Shown piece by piece: positions 17,349 to 26,719 of a stretch of 64,000 nt of DNA (its first letter is position 1; every line of letters starts with the position of its first letter). The position numbers and the translations under genes are program-made. The notes under the pieces were generated by a model. That model ran no database searches. It saw nothing but the letters and a program-made list of their open reading frames with translations, and was not told where the DNA came from. The stretch comes from a virus: positions 18,034-82,033 of the IMG/VR virus record IMGVR_UViG_3300046534_001250, one strand, 5' to 3'.

Positions 17349-19762
17349 TGATGTATATCACAAACGCAGAGGACCTAGCAGCGGAATTAAAACCACGACT
17401 ACGAGATTACCTCACTAAGACACTGGGTCCAGAGTATGGGCATAACACATTTAAGTGTTATGTCCATGACGACAATAGCCCGTCAATGAAGTACAACCCC
17501 AAGGTCAATGACGAGGCGGTTCATTGCTTTGGCTGTGGAGTTACTCACGATATCTTTGCAGCAGCAGCTTACATTGAAAGCTTACCAGATAGCGGTAGCG
17601 ACTGGATAAAGGTAACACTTCCTGCCCTGGCAGAGAAGCTAGGCGTAGAGGTAGTCTACGGGGACCCAACTGTAGAAGAACAGCAGAAACTTAAACTCTT
17701 TAAGATGGCTAGTGATATCGCTACTATCTTAGAAGACCATGGTGGAGCTGAAGAATACTGTAAAGTTCGTGGATGGTCTAACGATCATCTAACAATTGCT
17801 TCTATTGCTCCTGAAACCATTAAGAGCAAGCTGCTTGAACAAGGGTGGAGTTTCGAAGACATACTGGAAAGTAATCTGGTAGAGCACAACAACCTTCAGT
17901 TCTTTGGTTCTGAAAAAGTTACGTTTGTTGTCAAAGATTTCCGTGGTAGACCCGTTGGATTTGTTAGCAGGAATCCTACTGGTGATAGACGGTATATCAA
18001 TAGCTACGATAGCACTATCTACAAGAAGGGCTCTACTCTACTTGGTATCCGTGTTGCTCTTAAAACAGCTAAGACTAATGGTCTCTATATTGTTGAGGGT
18101 CCTGGTGACCTTGCCGCTCTTCACAAGATTGGCGTCTTGAACGCTGTTGCCATTTGTGGCACAGCTTTTACTGCTGACCATTTGGCTCTCATTCGTTTGC
18201 TTGGTATCAAGGAACTTCACTTCTGTCTCGATTGGGATGAAGCTGGAGAGAAGGGTACTCAACAACTACTACAGAAAGAAATTAAATTCGCTAAGGATAT
18301 TCGGTGTTTTGTTGTGCCAGCTCCTGGAGAAGTTACAGATGTAAGTGACTTGCTAGCTACTGGTGCTACTGCCCTTCCAGATAGCATTCCGGCTTTCGAA
18401 TGGATGATTGGCCGACTACAAGACCAACTAGAACCTGCTGAACTATGTGAACAGATGGTAGCTGTTATCTCAGCTGAGCCTACTGCTGTGCGACGAGAAA
18501 TCTTCGCAGGTAAGCTCTCTAAGATGGTTGGCATATCCATTGTGAGCATCAACCACGATATCGAATTCATTAGGGACAACAAGCAACAGGATCGTAAGAA
18601 CCAATTGCTTGGAGCGGCTGAACGATTCAACCTAGCAGTTGATGATGATCCTACCAGTATCATGAGCTGTATGGCTTCGTTGGAAAACGACATTGATACA
18701 ATTGAAAAAAAGTTCTCTAAGGGATCTATTGGCGCCAGCTATCAGATCAACAAGTACAATGCCCTGCAAGAAGCTAAGAAAGAAGAAAGTAAACGAGATG
18801 AAGCCAGTGGCTTTCAGATGAATTACTTTACTAACATTCATAGAGCGTTTTCTGGCGGTGTACGTTGGAACTACGGTGTTCTAATATATGTTGGTGGCCG
18901 GCAAAATAGTGGGAAAACCGCTACCGTCATTGGTATCGGTCTCGATGTTGCACTAAGTGACCCAGATACTATTGTGCTTATGCACTTTACTGATGATAAC
19001 TTTGCACAGGTAGAGCCACGGATTAAAACCAATATTGCGTTAATGCAGTTCGGAAAAGAACTACATATCGCTGAGGCTGATAACCCGTACGTCAACATCA
19101 AGACGCCAGAACAAGCTGCGATACATGCTGATGCTGATACAAGCTTTAGAAACCTCATTGAAAACGAAAAGTTAGTAATCATCGATAGTGAAGACGGCAA
19201 CACTCTTGGTATTCTTGAGAAGAACCTGCGGTATCTGCGAGGCAGGCATCCAGACAAAAAGATTCTTGTAATTGCTGACAACACTCACAACTACATGGAC
19301 TTTCTGACTCTCGACCAGAACACACGTATGCGACGCATCAGTATGATGCAAAAAGCTTTTACCAATAAGTACCGTTGTACTATGTTCGCTACAGCTGAGT
19401 ACAGAAAGAATGCTTCTCCCAATAAAGAAGAGATGCGTTTACCTGTAGATGATGACCTAGCTGATGCTCGGTCGTTAATGTATCTGCCCAATGGAATCAT
19501 TCATGTTTACAATGACTTGAATGACCGGGGTGTAGAGCATGCTGAGATTATGTGGCACCGCCGTATGGGCGGAGAGCCACAAGCACGACTTATGCTGTGT
19601 GTTACTAAGAACAAGATTAATGGCTGGAAAAATAAGCTTATCTTGGACTTGGATAACAAGGTGGTTGGTGTCCGACCATTCGATGCTGATGAAGCTCGTA
19701 GGCAAAGCCAAAACCTAGGACAGGGTAAAGGCACAACCATAGACATAGGAAAGATTCAATGA
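17348..19762 (+). CDS. Primase-helicase fusion (CHC2 zinc finger, TOPRIM, DnaB-like helicase)
   Basis: CYVHDDNSPS..HCFGCG; IVEGPGD; LDWDEAG; Walker A GGRQNSGKT; KNK near the C-terminus. Confidence 0.9.
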   Translation: MMYITNAEDLAAELKPRLRDYLTKTLGPEYGHNTFKCYVHDDNSPSMKYNPKVNDEAVHCFGCGVTHDIFAAAAYIESLPDSGSDWIKVTLPALAEKLGVEVVYGDPTVEEQQKLKLFKMASDIATILEDHGGAEEYCKVRGWSNDHLTIASIAPETIKSKLLEQGWSFEDILESNLVEHNNLQFFGSEKVTFVVKDFRGRPVGFVSRNPTGDRRYINSYDSTIYKKGSTLLGIRVALKTAKTNGLYIVEGPGDLAALHKIGVLNAVAICGTAFTADHLALIRLLGIKELHFCLDWDEAGEKGTQQLLQKEIKFAKDIRCFVVPAPGEVTDVSDLLATGATALPDSIPAFEWMIGRLQDQLEPAELCEQMVAVISAEPTAVRREIFAGKLSKMVGISIVSINHDIEFIRDNKQQDRKNQLLGAAERFNLAVDDDPTSIMSCMASLENDIDTIEKKFSKGSIGASYQINKYNALQEAKKEESKRDEASGFQMNYFTNIHRAFSGGVRWNYGVLIYVGGRQNSGKTATVIGIGLDVALSDPDTIVLMHFTDDNFAQVEPRIKTNIALMQFGKELHIAEADNPYVNIKTPEQAAIHADADTSFRNLIENEKLVIIDSEDGNTLGILEKNLRYLRGRHPDKKILVIADNTHNYMDFLTLDQNTRMRRISMMQKAFTNKYRCTMFATAEYRKNASPNKEEMRLPVDDDLADARSLMYLPNGIIHVYNDLNDRGVEHAEIMWHRRMGGEPQARLMLCVTKNKINGWKNKLILDLDNKVVGVRPFDADEARRQSQNLGQGKGTTIDIGKIQ

Positions 19763-19881
19763 CAATTAAAGATTCCGTACTAGGCATTCTGCCTGAGATT
19801 CAACGACGGCAAGAAGTAATGCAAAAGCGCAATGAAACAAAAGCAAAGGAGAAGCGAAATGAGAAGTCTAAAGCTGGGTGA
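19759..19881 (+). CDS. Small 40-aa basic protein (not in ORF track)
   Basis: ATGA overlap with the helicase stop; AGGA RBS; MTIKDSVLGILPEIQRRQEVMQKRNETKAKEKRNEKSKAG. Confidence 0.45.
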   Translation: MTIKDSVLGILPEIQRRQEVMQKRNETKAKEKRNEKSKAG

Positions 19882-20050
19882 AGAAGTAGAGAGCGATGGG
19901 CGTAAAGCGTACGTAGCTCGATGCGACCAAGTGCTATTCGTAGGTGAAACAATCGTTCACGAAGGCACTAATAAAATCGTCACAGAGGTTCGTCGCCTTT
20001 CAGACGGACCTCCCGCTCTTCAACAATGGGCCTTGGTATTCCTGGAGTAG
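19859..20050 (+). CDS. Small beta-barrel-like protein (family B)
   Basis: AAGGAG RBS before ATG 19859; VGETIVHEGTNKIVTEV motif. Confidence 0.6.
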   Translation: MRSLKLGEEVESDGRKAYVARCDQVLFVGETIVHEGTNKIVTEVRRLSDGPPALQQWALVFLE

Positions 20051-20052
20051 AC

Positions 20053-20322
20053 ATGGACTTTGAAGAAGTGGTGGATTGGATATCGACTCTAGCGCCAATG
20101 TTTAAATACGAAGTTAAAGCAACTTGGCTATCTAGAAGTGAAGTAATCAGGTTAGACATGTATCATCGTAATGTAGCTGAGGATACGCTAATCCATCTAC
20201 ACAGTAGTTACACGCTGGAGTTTTTACGCTACGGCAAGCCAAAAGAAACATTGATTGAAAGGCTCTTGGAGCTAACCCGAGAAATGAATAGAGAAATTAG
20301 AGGTTCATATGGAATCGGTTAA
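20053..20322 (+). CDS. Small hypothetical protein (family A)
   Basis: GGAG RBS before ATG 20053; pattern shared with the next two ORFs. Confidence 0.65.
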   Translation: MDFEEVVDWISTLAPMFKYEVKATWLSRSEVIRLDMYHRNVAEDTLIHLHSSYTLEFLRYGKPKETLIERLLELTREMNREIRGSYGIG

Positions 20323-20773
20323 CTTCCCAAGCTGGCCACATGACAGCTCCTGCCAATGCCCTGGAGGATATCCTCCCTGCTCGTATTGTGTAGAGGAACC
20401 ACTCTGTAGTCGCTGTGACAATAGAGGTAGAGACGTTGGTGAAAAAGGCTGGACAGAGATCAATGGCGATCTATTTTGCCAGGCGTGTTCTAAAGAAAAT
20501 AGATTGCTATTTAACGAAGTAAAATGGATCAACAGCTTATGTCTGCCGCTTAAGTACAATACCTCAGCCGAAATGACTGGCGGATTCTTACGGATTGCAG
20601 TCAAACGTTACGACACACTAAGCAACAGAAGGTATAGCCGCTCTATGCTGCTCGAACCCAATAAGCTTTCGATGAACATTCGTAAAGATCTGCTTTTGGA
20701 TACAATCAACAACCTGCATAAAAACATAGATGCCTACTTAAGAGACAAACTTTATGAACCTAACAGAAGCTAG
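20309..20773 (+). CDS. Zinc-finger plus family A domain protein
   Basis: CQC..PPCSYC, CSRC, CQAC followed by a family A domain. Confidence 0.65.
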   Translation: MESVNFPSWPHDSSCQCPGGYPPCSYCVEEPLCSRCDNRGRDVGEKGWTEINGDLFCQACSKENRLLFNEVKWINSLCLPLKYNTSAEMTGGFLRIAVKRYDTLSNRRYSRSMLLEPNKLSMNIRKDLLLDTINNLHKNIDAYLRDKLYEPNRS

Positions 20774-21029
20774 AGATTGGGTTGCTGATTGGGATATGGC
20801 TTGTGAATACACGGTTAATCCGACGATCAACCCAGCAGGTACCAGACTAGCCTTAAGGGTTCATCACGTCATGCCTAATGGCAAACGTTTTGGTCTATGC
20901 TGTTGGTTTTGCGAAAATGATTTTGCACGGCAACCAGCTAAGCCATTAATGATTAAGTGGCTGGCAGATATGATTTCCAGAATCGACTCTATGGTTATGA
21001 CTACTGAGCAAAATACAAAAGAAGGATAA
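20754..21029 (+). CDS. Small hypothetical protein (family A)
   Basis: Overlap-coupled ORF sharing the family A pattern. Confidence 0.6.
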   Translation: MNLTEARDWVADWDMACEYTVNPTINPAGTRLALRVHHVMPNGKRFGLCCWFCENDFARQPAKPLMIKWLADMISRIDSMVMTTEQNTKEG

Positions 21030-21030
21030 T

Positions 21031-22149
21031 ATGAAAATACATGCCCTACCGATACTCTATGCTAAGAGTTCTACTGGTAAGATTAAGCAGTGGGCGGTGT
21101 GCGCAAGCCACAACCCAGAACTAGAATACGGAACTGTGAGTACGGCTTATGGGTACGTAGATAGCAAGACACAGGCCACTGAGAAGCGCGCCTATCCTAA
21201 AAACGTAGGCAAGTCCAACGAGACTACTCCGTTTGATCAGGCGCTGTCACAGGCTCAAAGCTCATGGAATAGCAAGGTAGATAAGGGATACGTTACCCAC
21301 GTAGATCTTATCCTTGATCCCAGGGACGTTAAAAACTTCCTGTGTATGCTAGCCGAGAAGCACATTGAAAGGTTTCAAGATCTAGTGTTCCCAGCGCTCT
21401 TGCAGCCAAAGCTTAATGGCTGTCGAGCTATCGCTAAAAAGCGAAATGGCGTTGTAACTATGTGGAGTAGAACAGGTAAACCCTGGGTTCACTGCCACGA
21501 AATTATAGCCGAGCTAACTGACTTACTGGAAGAAGGGCGATCTACAGACGGAGAACTTTACGTTCACGGCTGGACACTACAAGCTATCAACCGTGCTATC
21601 AAGACCCGTAATGACAACACTCTGCTTCTCGAATATCATGTATATGATTTTCCAAACAACGAAACATTCGAAGTACGAGAACAAAGAATCCCTGCATCAA
21701 CTGGCAGGATTCATCACGTAGAACTTCAAACCATTAAAAGCGCAGAAGCGGTACAAGAAGCCCTACAAGCTTTCTTAGATCGTGGCTACGAAGGAATGAT
21801 GATTCGCAACAAGCTTGGGTTATACAAGTATGGTGGGTATCGTTCAGTTGATCTACAGAAGTGTAAATTGTTTCATGATGCTGAGTTCAAAGTCATTGGC
21901 GTCAAAAGCGCCACTGGTAAAGACCGAGGAACTGCTGTCTTTAAGTGCATAACCAAAGAAGGCAAAGAGTTTGATGTGCGCCCAATGGGTACACGCCCAG
22001 AACGTAAAGAGTACTTCGATAACTTCGAAGACAAATATAATGGAGAGTACCTTACAGTAAGGTACCAAGAACTTTCTGAAGCAAACATCCCTACTATTGT
22101 TACGGGCTTATGTTTTCGACTAGCAGAAGATTTACCGGAGCAGCAGTAA
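21031..22149 (+). CDS. ATP-dependent DNA ligase with N-terminal WGR-like domain
   Basis: QPKLNGCR adenylation motif, DGELY, YHVYD, GYEGMMIR, LQKCK, LTVRYQELS. Confidence 0.9.
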   Translation: MKIHALPILYAKSSTGKIKQWAVCASHNPELEYGTVSTAYGYVDSKTQATEKRAYPKNVGKSNETTPFDQALSQAQSSWNSKVDKGYVTHVDLILDPRDVKNFLCMLAEKHIERFQDLVFPALLQPKLNGCRAIAKKRNGVVTMWSRTGKPWVHCHEIIAELTDLLEEGRSTDGELYVHGWTLQAINRAIKTRNDNTLLLEYHVYDFPNNETFEVREQRIPASTGRIHHVELQTIKSAEAVQEALQAFLDRGYEGMMIRNKLGLYKYGGYRSVDLQKCKLFHDAEFKVIGVKSATGKDRGTAVFKCITKEGKEFDVRPMGTRPERKEYFDNFEDKYNGEYLTVRYQELSEANIPTIVTGLCFRLAEDLPEQQ

Positions 22150-22436
22150 TGAATGAAAGATCACAGTACGAAGAGCTAGGCAGAGCATTGGCTAATGGGC
22201 CGCTAACAGCAGACCTAGGCGATATTAAACTCCGGGCAACTGATGAGCCTTCAGTCGAGGTACAAGATGGATCCCATGTGGTGGGGCAAAGGGTTATTGC
22301 TGGCGGCAAGACTTACGAAGTTACTGATATTGAAAACATTTACTATCAGTACTACAACGAAATAACAGATGAAACAGATGGGCTATCTGGCATAACCAGA
22401 TACTATAGCCAAGTACTAACGATGAGAGAAGTATAA
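22149..22436 (+). CDS. Hypothetical protein (family B)
   Basis: TAATG coupling at both ends; VGQRVIAGGKTYEVTDI. Confidence 0.65.
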   Translation: MNERSQYEELGRALANGPLTADLGDIKLRATDEPSVEVQDGSHVVGQRVIAGGKTYEVTDIENIYYQYYNEITDETDGLSGITRYYSQVLTMREV

Positions 22437-23026
22437 TGACGAGAGTACACTTGTGTGTAGACCTAGAGACCCTAGCGATCTCAACCGATGCAGTAATCCT
22501 TGCTATCGGTATCACAGCTTGGAACGAAGGTGAGCAGGAGCCATTTGATGGCATCCACTTACGTATCGACCCTGAGCAACCGGGTAGACGTATCGACCCA
22601 CAGACTTTAATTTGGTGGCTCAAGCAAGACCAGGCAGCTGTTGACGCAGCCTTTATTGATGGCAAACAAGGTAACGCCGAACAAGCTTACAAGTATATCC
22701 AGGACTGGATTAAAGACATGAATGTTGTGGGAGTTTGGGCAAACGATCCAAGCTTTGACATTGCTAAACTAAATGACTTCTTCGGCAAGCAAGCGTTTTA
22801 CTTCCGAGCTACTCGATGCTGTCGTACAGCGCTATCTGCGTTAAAGACCATGGGCTTCAATAAAGAGCTTGATGCGCTCCCCCAGGGGCAGAAGCATCAT
22901 GCCCTAGCAGATGCTGAATACAGCGCCTCGATCGTTAGACTATACATGGAAAAGGTATTGCGAATCCCAAACATTCCCCAGCCAGAACCAGCTCACCACA
23001 AAGCGTGGAGGGACTATGAAGTCTGA
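22436..23026 (+). CDS. DEDDh 3'-5' exonuclease (Rv2179c/DUF5051-like)
   Basis: VDLETL, ILAIG, TLIWW, WANDPSFD, HHALADA. Confidence 0.85.
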   Translation: MTRVHLCVDLETLAISTDAVILAIGITAWNEGEQEPFDGIHLRIDPEQPGRRIDPQTLIWWLKQDQAAVDAAFIDGKQGNAEQAYKYIQDWIKDMNVVGVWANDPSFDIAKLNDFFGKQAFYFRATRCCRTALSALKTMGFNKELDALPQGQKHHALADAEYSASIVRLYMEKVLRIPNIPQPEPAHHKAWRDYEV

Positions 23027-23186
23027 TAACTCTGACCCAGAAATCTACGTCGAACTAGACGAACACGAGAGCAAGCACTCATACTTTCAATTGACAGTGG
23101 GACCATGTCGATGGTCCGAGCTAGATGAAGTAACAATCGCGGTACTTAAAGCCTTGGGGTATTCGCTTGAAGGATCAAGAGACTAA
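23016..23186 (+). CDS. Small hypothetical protein
   Basis: GGAGG RBS before ATG 23016; C-terminal LKALGY. Confidence 0.6.
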   Translation: MKSDNSDPEIYVELDEHESKHSYFQLTVGPCRWSELDEVTIAVLKALGYSLEGSRD

Positions 23187-23188
23187 CA

Positions 23189-23479
23189 ATGAGCGAAAAG
23201 GATATCTCGTCCAAAGTAATGCAGCTGCCTTGCGGGCCCAGCTCTTTCAGGGGATACAATTCCGATATAACACACAGTTGCGAAGTGTTTGAAGAAGATT
23301 GGAAGGAAATGTTCATCGGAATGCTCTGCTCTTTTGACTGTCAAAAATACACTGTTATATCGCTAACAGCCATTAGCGAAAGATACCCTCTCTATTTAAT
23401 AGGGACAGCTAAGTCTCTCGATCTTGTCCAAGGGCGAACCTCATATATTATAATGCTAAGAGAAAACAATGAATACTAA
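23189..23479 (+). CDS. Hypothetical protein (family B-like)
   Basis: IGMLCSFDCQKYTVISL..YIIMLRE. Confidence 0.55.
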   Translation: MSEKDISSKVMQLPCGPSSFRGYNSDITHSCEVFEEDWKEMFIGMLCSFDCQKYTVISLTAISERYPLYLIGTAKSLDLVQGRTSYIIMLRENNEY

Positions 23480-23660
23480 AGAATTAATCGCATACCTGCA
23501 GGGTATGGTTACAGACCTTCGTACGGAGCGTGTGACAGAGTCAAGCGAAATGTACGAAGCAGGCGTGGCTTCAGGTAGAAACTTCGAAGCCAGAGAAATT
23601 GCAAACGACATCGAGCATATGCTCAGTTTACACCACGATGTAAAACGAGAGGAATGGTAA
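23469..23660 (+). CDS. Hypothetical protein
   Basis: 63-aa overlap-coupled ORF. Confidence 0.6.
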   Translation: MNTKELIAYLQGMVTDLRTERVTESSEMYEAGVASGRNFEAREIANDIEHMLSLHHDVKREEW

Positions 23661-24037
23661 TGGAAACCGTACAAGAAGTAGAAACAATCACAACCGAAAA
23701 GCTTCAAGCATGTATTGATTCGATGCAGCGACGAAATGGTATTGAGCAGTACGTCCAGGTGACGATCGAACCGACACCAGATAGCCACCCAATCCACAAG
23801 ATTAAGGTCGCTATCACTATCCCTGCTTTTGAACAGGGTGCTGAACCCATTAAGGTCAGCAACTCAACGTTTGTTCTGTACAAGACACGGATGCAAACTG
23901 TGAGGAACACAATCGAGCACGCTTACAAGAGCGCAGTTCATCAGCTCACAAGCAATCTGGACTTTCCAATCGAATCTAATACCAGCATTAAATACCACAT
24001 CGGTTACACAACAAACCCAGTGCATAATGGACAATAG
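23660..24037 (+). CDS. Hypothetical protein
   Basis: TAATG coupling; GAGGA RBS. Confidence 0.6.
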   Translation: METVQEVETITTEKLQACIDSMQRRNGIEQYVQVTIEPTPDSHPIHKIKVAITIPAFEQGAEPIKVSNSTFVLYKTRMQTVRNTIEHAYKSAVHQLTSNLDFPIESNTSIKYHIGYTTNPVHNGQ

Positions 24038-24269
24038 ATATTACATCACTATTGTCAAAACTAGGGGTGGAGATACCTACACCATCCTGTGGAGAGGCTA
24101 CCCCGATGACAAACTGCTTCATCATTGGCTGTGGAATAATATTCCAGGTGCGTTCTACAACGACACCTTTTATGGCACTTGGGAAACCGCAAAAGCAGAG
24201 GCTGTGTGGGAAGACACAATTTACCCAGCCGGCACATACCCACCACCCGGCATCAACTGGGATATATAA
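24027..24269 (+). CDS. Hypothetical Trp-rich protein
   Basis: 80-aa overlap-coupled ORF. Confidence 0.55.
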   Translation: MDNRYYITIVKTRGGDTYTILWRGYPDDKLLHHWLWNNIPGAFYNDTFYGTWETAKAEAVWEDTIYPAGTYPPPGINWDI

Positions 24270-24283
24270 CCCCCGAGAGAATA

Positions 24284-24505
24284 ATGAATAAAGAAGCAGA
24301 CGTTATTTACGTTGAAGACCTTCTTGAATCAGACGACCCTGTCGACCAAATAGAAGGTAAGATTATGCTTGCGCTCATGGAACGCTTAGGCCTTGATGAG
24401 ATTGATCCAAGTCGGCTGGACGTAAAGCATACTGAGACATCATACCCAGAAGGTAATCTTCTAGTAGAAACCAAAATCGAATATAAAGAGAGAAAAAATG
24501 AATAG
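24284..24505 (+). CDS. Hypothetical acidic protein
   Basis: GAGAG RBS before ATG 24284 (MNKEADVIYVED..). Confidence 0.6.
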   Translation: MNKEADVIYVEDLLESDDPVDQIEGKIMLALMERLGLDEIDPSRLDVKHTETSYPEGNLLVETKIEYKERKNE

Positions 24506-25574
24506 AGAGGAACTACTCGCCAAACATGGTGAGCTTAGAAAGATTGGAACTGATGGTCATGTGCGACTAGTAGATGTGATGGGCGATGATGCAGCAATTG
24601 TCCAGGCAGCACGAGTCAGTTACGGCAAAGGAACGAAGACAATCAATGAAGACCGGGGACTCATCCGGTACTTGATGCGTCATCGACACACCACGCCTAT
24701 GGAAATGTGTGAGATTAAACTCCACATTAAGATGCCTATGGACAGTCATCGACAGCAAATTCGTCACCGAACTTTCAGCGTAAATGAATATAGTACGCGT
24801 TACAGCGAAGCTATGGACTGCAGAGAGGTTACACCAGTAGAAGGGTGGAGGCTCCAGAGCCGAAACAACAAGCAGGGATCCGCAGGGTTCATGATTGATG
24901 CTGACGAAGCGCACCTTGAGGGCAACATGCTCTCTGGTGTAGAGGTCGCAGATAGGCTATCAGCCCGAGAGCTAGAACTACATGAGCTATCTAATGCCGT
25001 GTACCAAGAGCGTCTAGCTGCTGGTGTTGCTCGTGAACAAGCTCGTAAGGATTTGCCGCTTAGTACTTATACAGAGTACTACTGGAAGGGCAACCTCCAT
25101 AACTTGTTCCATTACCTAAGTCTACGTATGCACTCTCACGCTCAAAAAGAGATTAGAGAATTTGCGGAAGCTATCTATGATATAGTACAAGACTGGGTAC
25201 CTATTGCAGTCGAAGCGTTTAAGGACTATCGTCTTGAAGCCAGTGGTTTCAGTGGTCCTGAATTGCGGATCCTAAAGACTCTGTTATCAACCAACCATGG
25301 CGAACTTATCCAACACGTTGACTACGACTACCCAGAGGGCGATGACGAGTTTGAACAGTTTTATGCCGAAGTGGCTTTTACAACTGGGCTCAAGACTGGA
25401 CTAGCAAAAGAAGGCTGGTATCTTTTTTCTGCTAAAGACGGGAAGGCAGAGCTTCGCAGGCCCAGAACCGTACACGACTTAACACAAGATGAACGTATTG
25501 GGTTCATGGAAGATGAAGGAGTAAGTAATGCAAGAGAACGAAGAGAATTCTGGGTTAAGCTCGGAGTTGTGTAA
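24498..25574 (+). CDS. thyX: Flavin-dependent thymidylate synthase
   Basis: QAARVSY, HRHTTPME, RHRTFSVNEYSTRY, REQARKDLP, LSLRMHSHAQKEIR. Confidence 0.95.
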   Translation: MNREELLAKHGELRKIGTDGHVRLVDVMGDDAAIVQAARVSYGKGTKTINEDRGLIRYLMRHRHTTPMEMCEIKLHIKMPMDSHRQQIRHRTFSVNEYSTRYSEAMDCREVTPVEGWRLQSRNNKQGSAGFMIDADEAHLEGNMLSGVEVADRLSARELELHELSNAVYQERLAAGVAREQARKDLPLSTYTEYYWKGNLHNLFHYLSLRMHSHAQKEIREFAEAIYDIVQDWVPIAVEAFKDYRLEASGFSGPELRILKTLLSTNHGELIQHVDYDYPEGDDEFEQFYAEVAFTTGLKTGLAKEGWYLFSAKDGKAELRRPRTVHDLTQDERIGFMEDEGVSNARERREFWVKLGVV

Positions 25575-25743
25575 GTGTTGTAGCTTAGGCTTCATCGACG
25601 CATTCGAAGATAAGGACTTTCGATATTACAACTGTGCTCGTGGCTACATAACCAAGATGCCATTGCGGCAAAAGTGTGAAGGCTGTACCTGCGAAGGAGT
25701 TGTTAAACCATTCTGCGATAAGCCAGTTCCGACGGTAGAATAG
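25528..25743 (+). CDS. Small Cys-rich protein
   Basis: AAGGAG RBS; eight Cys in 71 aa. Confidence 0.5.
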   Translation: MQENEENSGLSSELCKCCSLGFIDAFEDKDFRYYNCARGYITKMPLRQKCEGCTCEGVVKPFCDKPVPTVE

Positions 25744-25744
25744 C

Positions 25745-26074
25745 ATGCTAGACAAAGCCTTAGCCCTCCCACTTACGGAGGGCTATTCTTTTTTAAAGAC
25801 AGCCAGTTGCAAGATAACTAAATTCGCTTTCAGAGAAGACCTATCCAATAGCGATATCGCCTTTGGGTCTTTCAAAGCAAGAAGCTCGCCAGGTCACCAC
25901 CCGACAAAGCTGGTGCTAACTTTTGAGAACAGGCTTGATAGGTACACTGTTACGTTCTCAAAGATATCGATATATTCAGTATTCAGAAAAAGCCACTTAC
26001 AACCTGCAGAATTTAGTTTTAAAAGCCCACCCCCAACGATAGAACACCACAGCTACAGGAAGAAAGATGACTAA
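25745..26074 (+). CDS. Hypothetical protein
   Basis: 109-aa ORF in the operon. Confidence 0.55.
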   Translation: MLDKALALPLTEGYSFLKTASCKITKFAFREDLSNSDIAFGSFKARSSPGHHPTKLVLTFENRLDRYTVTFSKISIYSVFRKSHLQPAEFSFKSPPPTIEHHSYRKKDD

Positions 26075-26423
26075 CACACAAGGCGGTAGAGCCTACCCAA
26101 AATATGTAAAAAAGACCTGGGGTAGTGAACGACATTACAAAAACGACGAGCAGTACTGCATGAAGCTTTTACACATTGAAGATAGAGGAAGCACTTCAAT
26201 GCACTTCCATCGAGATAAGCATGAGACACTTCTGGTTGTTAGCGGGTTACTTACTTTGACTATCACTCATGACAATTGCAAGTACGTGCATATCTTAAAG
26301 CCAGGAGATGCCTGGGATATGGTTCCAGGCATGATACACACACTCGAAGCTAAGGCTGGTCCCGTCAATATTGTCGAGGCTAGCACCTTCGATCATCCAT
26401 CAGATACAGTGAGAACCAAATGA
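26067..26423 (+). CDS. Cupin, mannose-6-P isomerase/lyxose isomerase-like
   Basis: KTWGSE, SMHFHRDKHET, PGMIHTLEA, IVEAST. Confidence 0.8.
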   Translation: MTNTQGGRAYPKYVKKTWGSERHYKNDEQYCMKLLHIEDRGSTSMHFHRDKHETLLVVSGLLTLTITHDNCKYVHILKPGDAWDMVPGMIHTLEAKAGPVNIVEASTFDHPSDTVRTK

Positions 26424-26719
26424 AAGATAAGAACTATATTTGGGGCGTTTGGGCCCGGTCTAACAAGACTTTTTACTACATGAACACAGGCGTACACTCT
26501 GTTAATAACCCAGTAGAAAGAGTATTGAATACTCTTATTGCAAGGGAAGTTATAGAGATGAAGCCTGGGCGGCAAGCCTTACATTCAGAACCATACAAGC
26601 TCTATACGCTTGCGCAGGCTGAGGAAAAGAAGTTCGAAATCGAAGTAATCCATCACAATAAGCTAGCCCAAGACTATGCCTCTACAAAAGAGAAGGCTAA
26701 ATTGAGCGGATGGTCCTAA
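26420..26719 (+). CDS. Hypothetical protein
   Basis: 99-aa ORF, ATGA coupling. Confidence 0.6.
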   Translation: MKDKNYIWGVWARSNKTFYYMNTGVHSVNNPVERVLNTLIAREVIEMKPGRQALHSEPYKLYTLAQAEEKKFEIEVIHHNKLAQDYASTKEKAKLSGWS

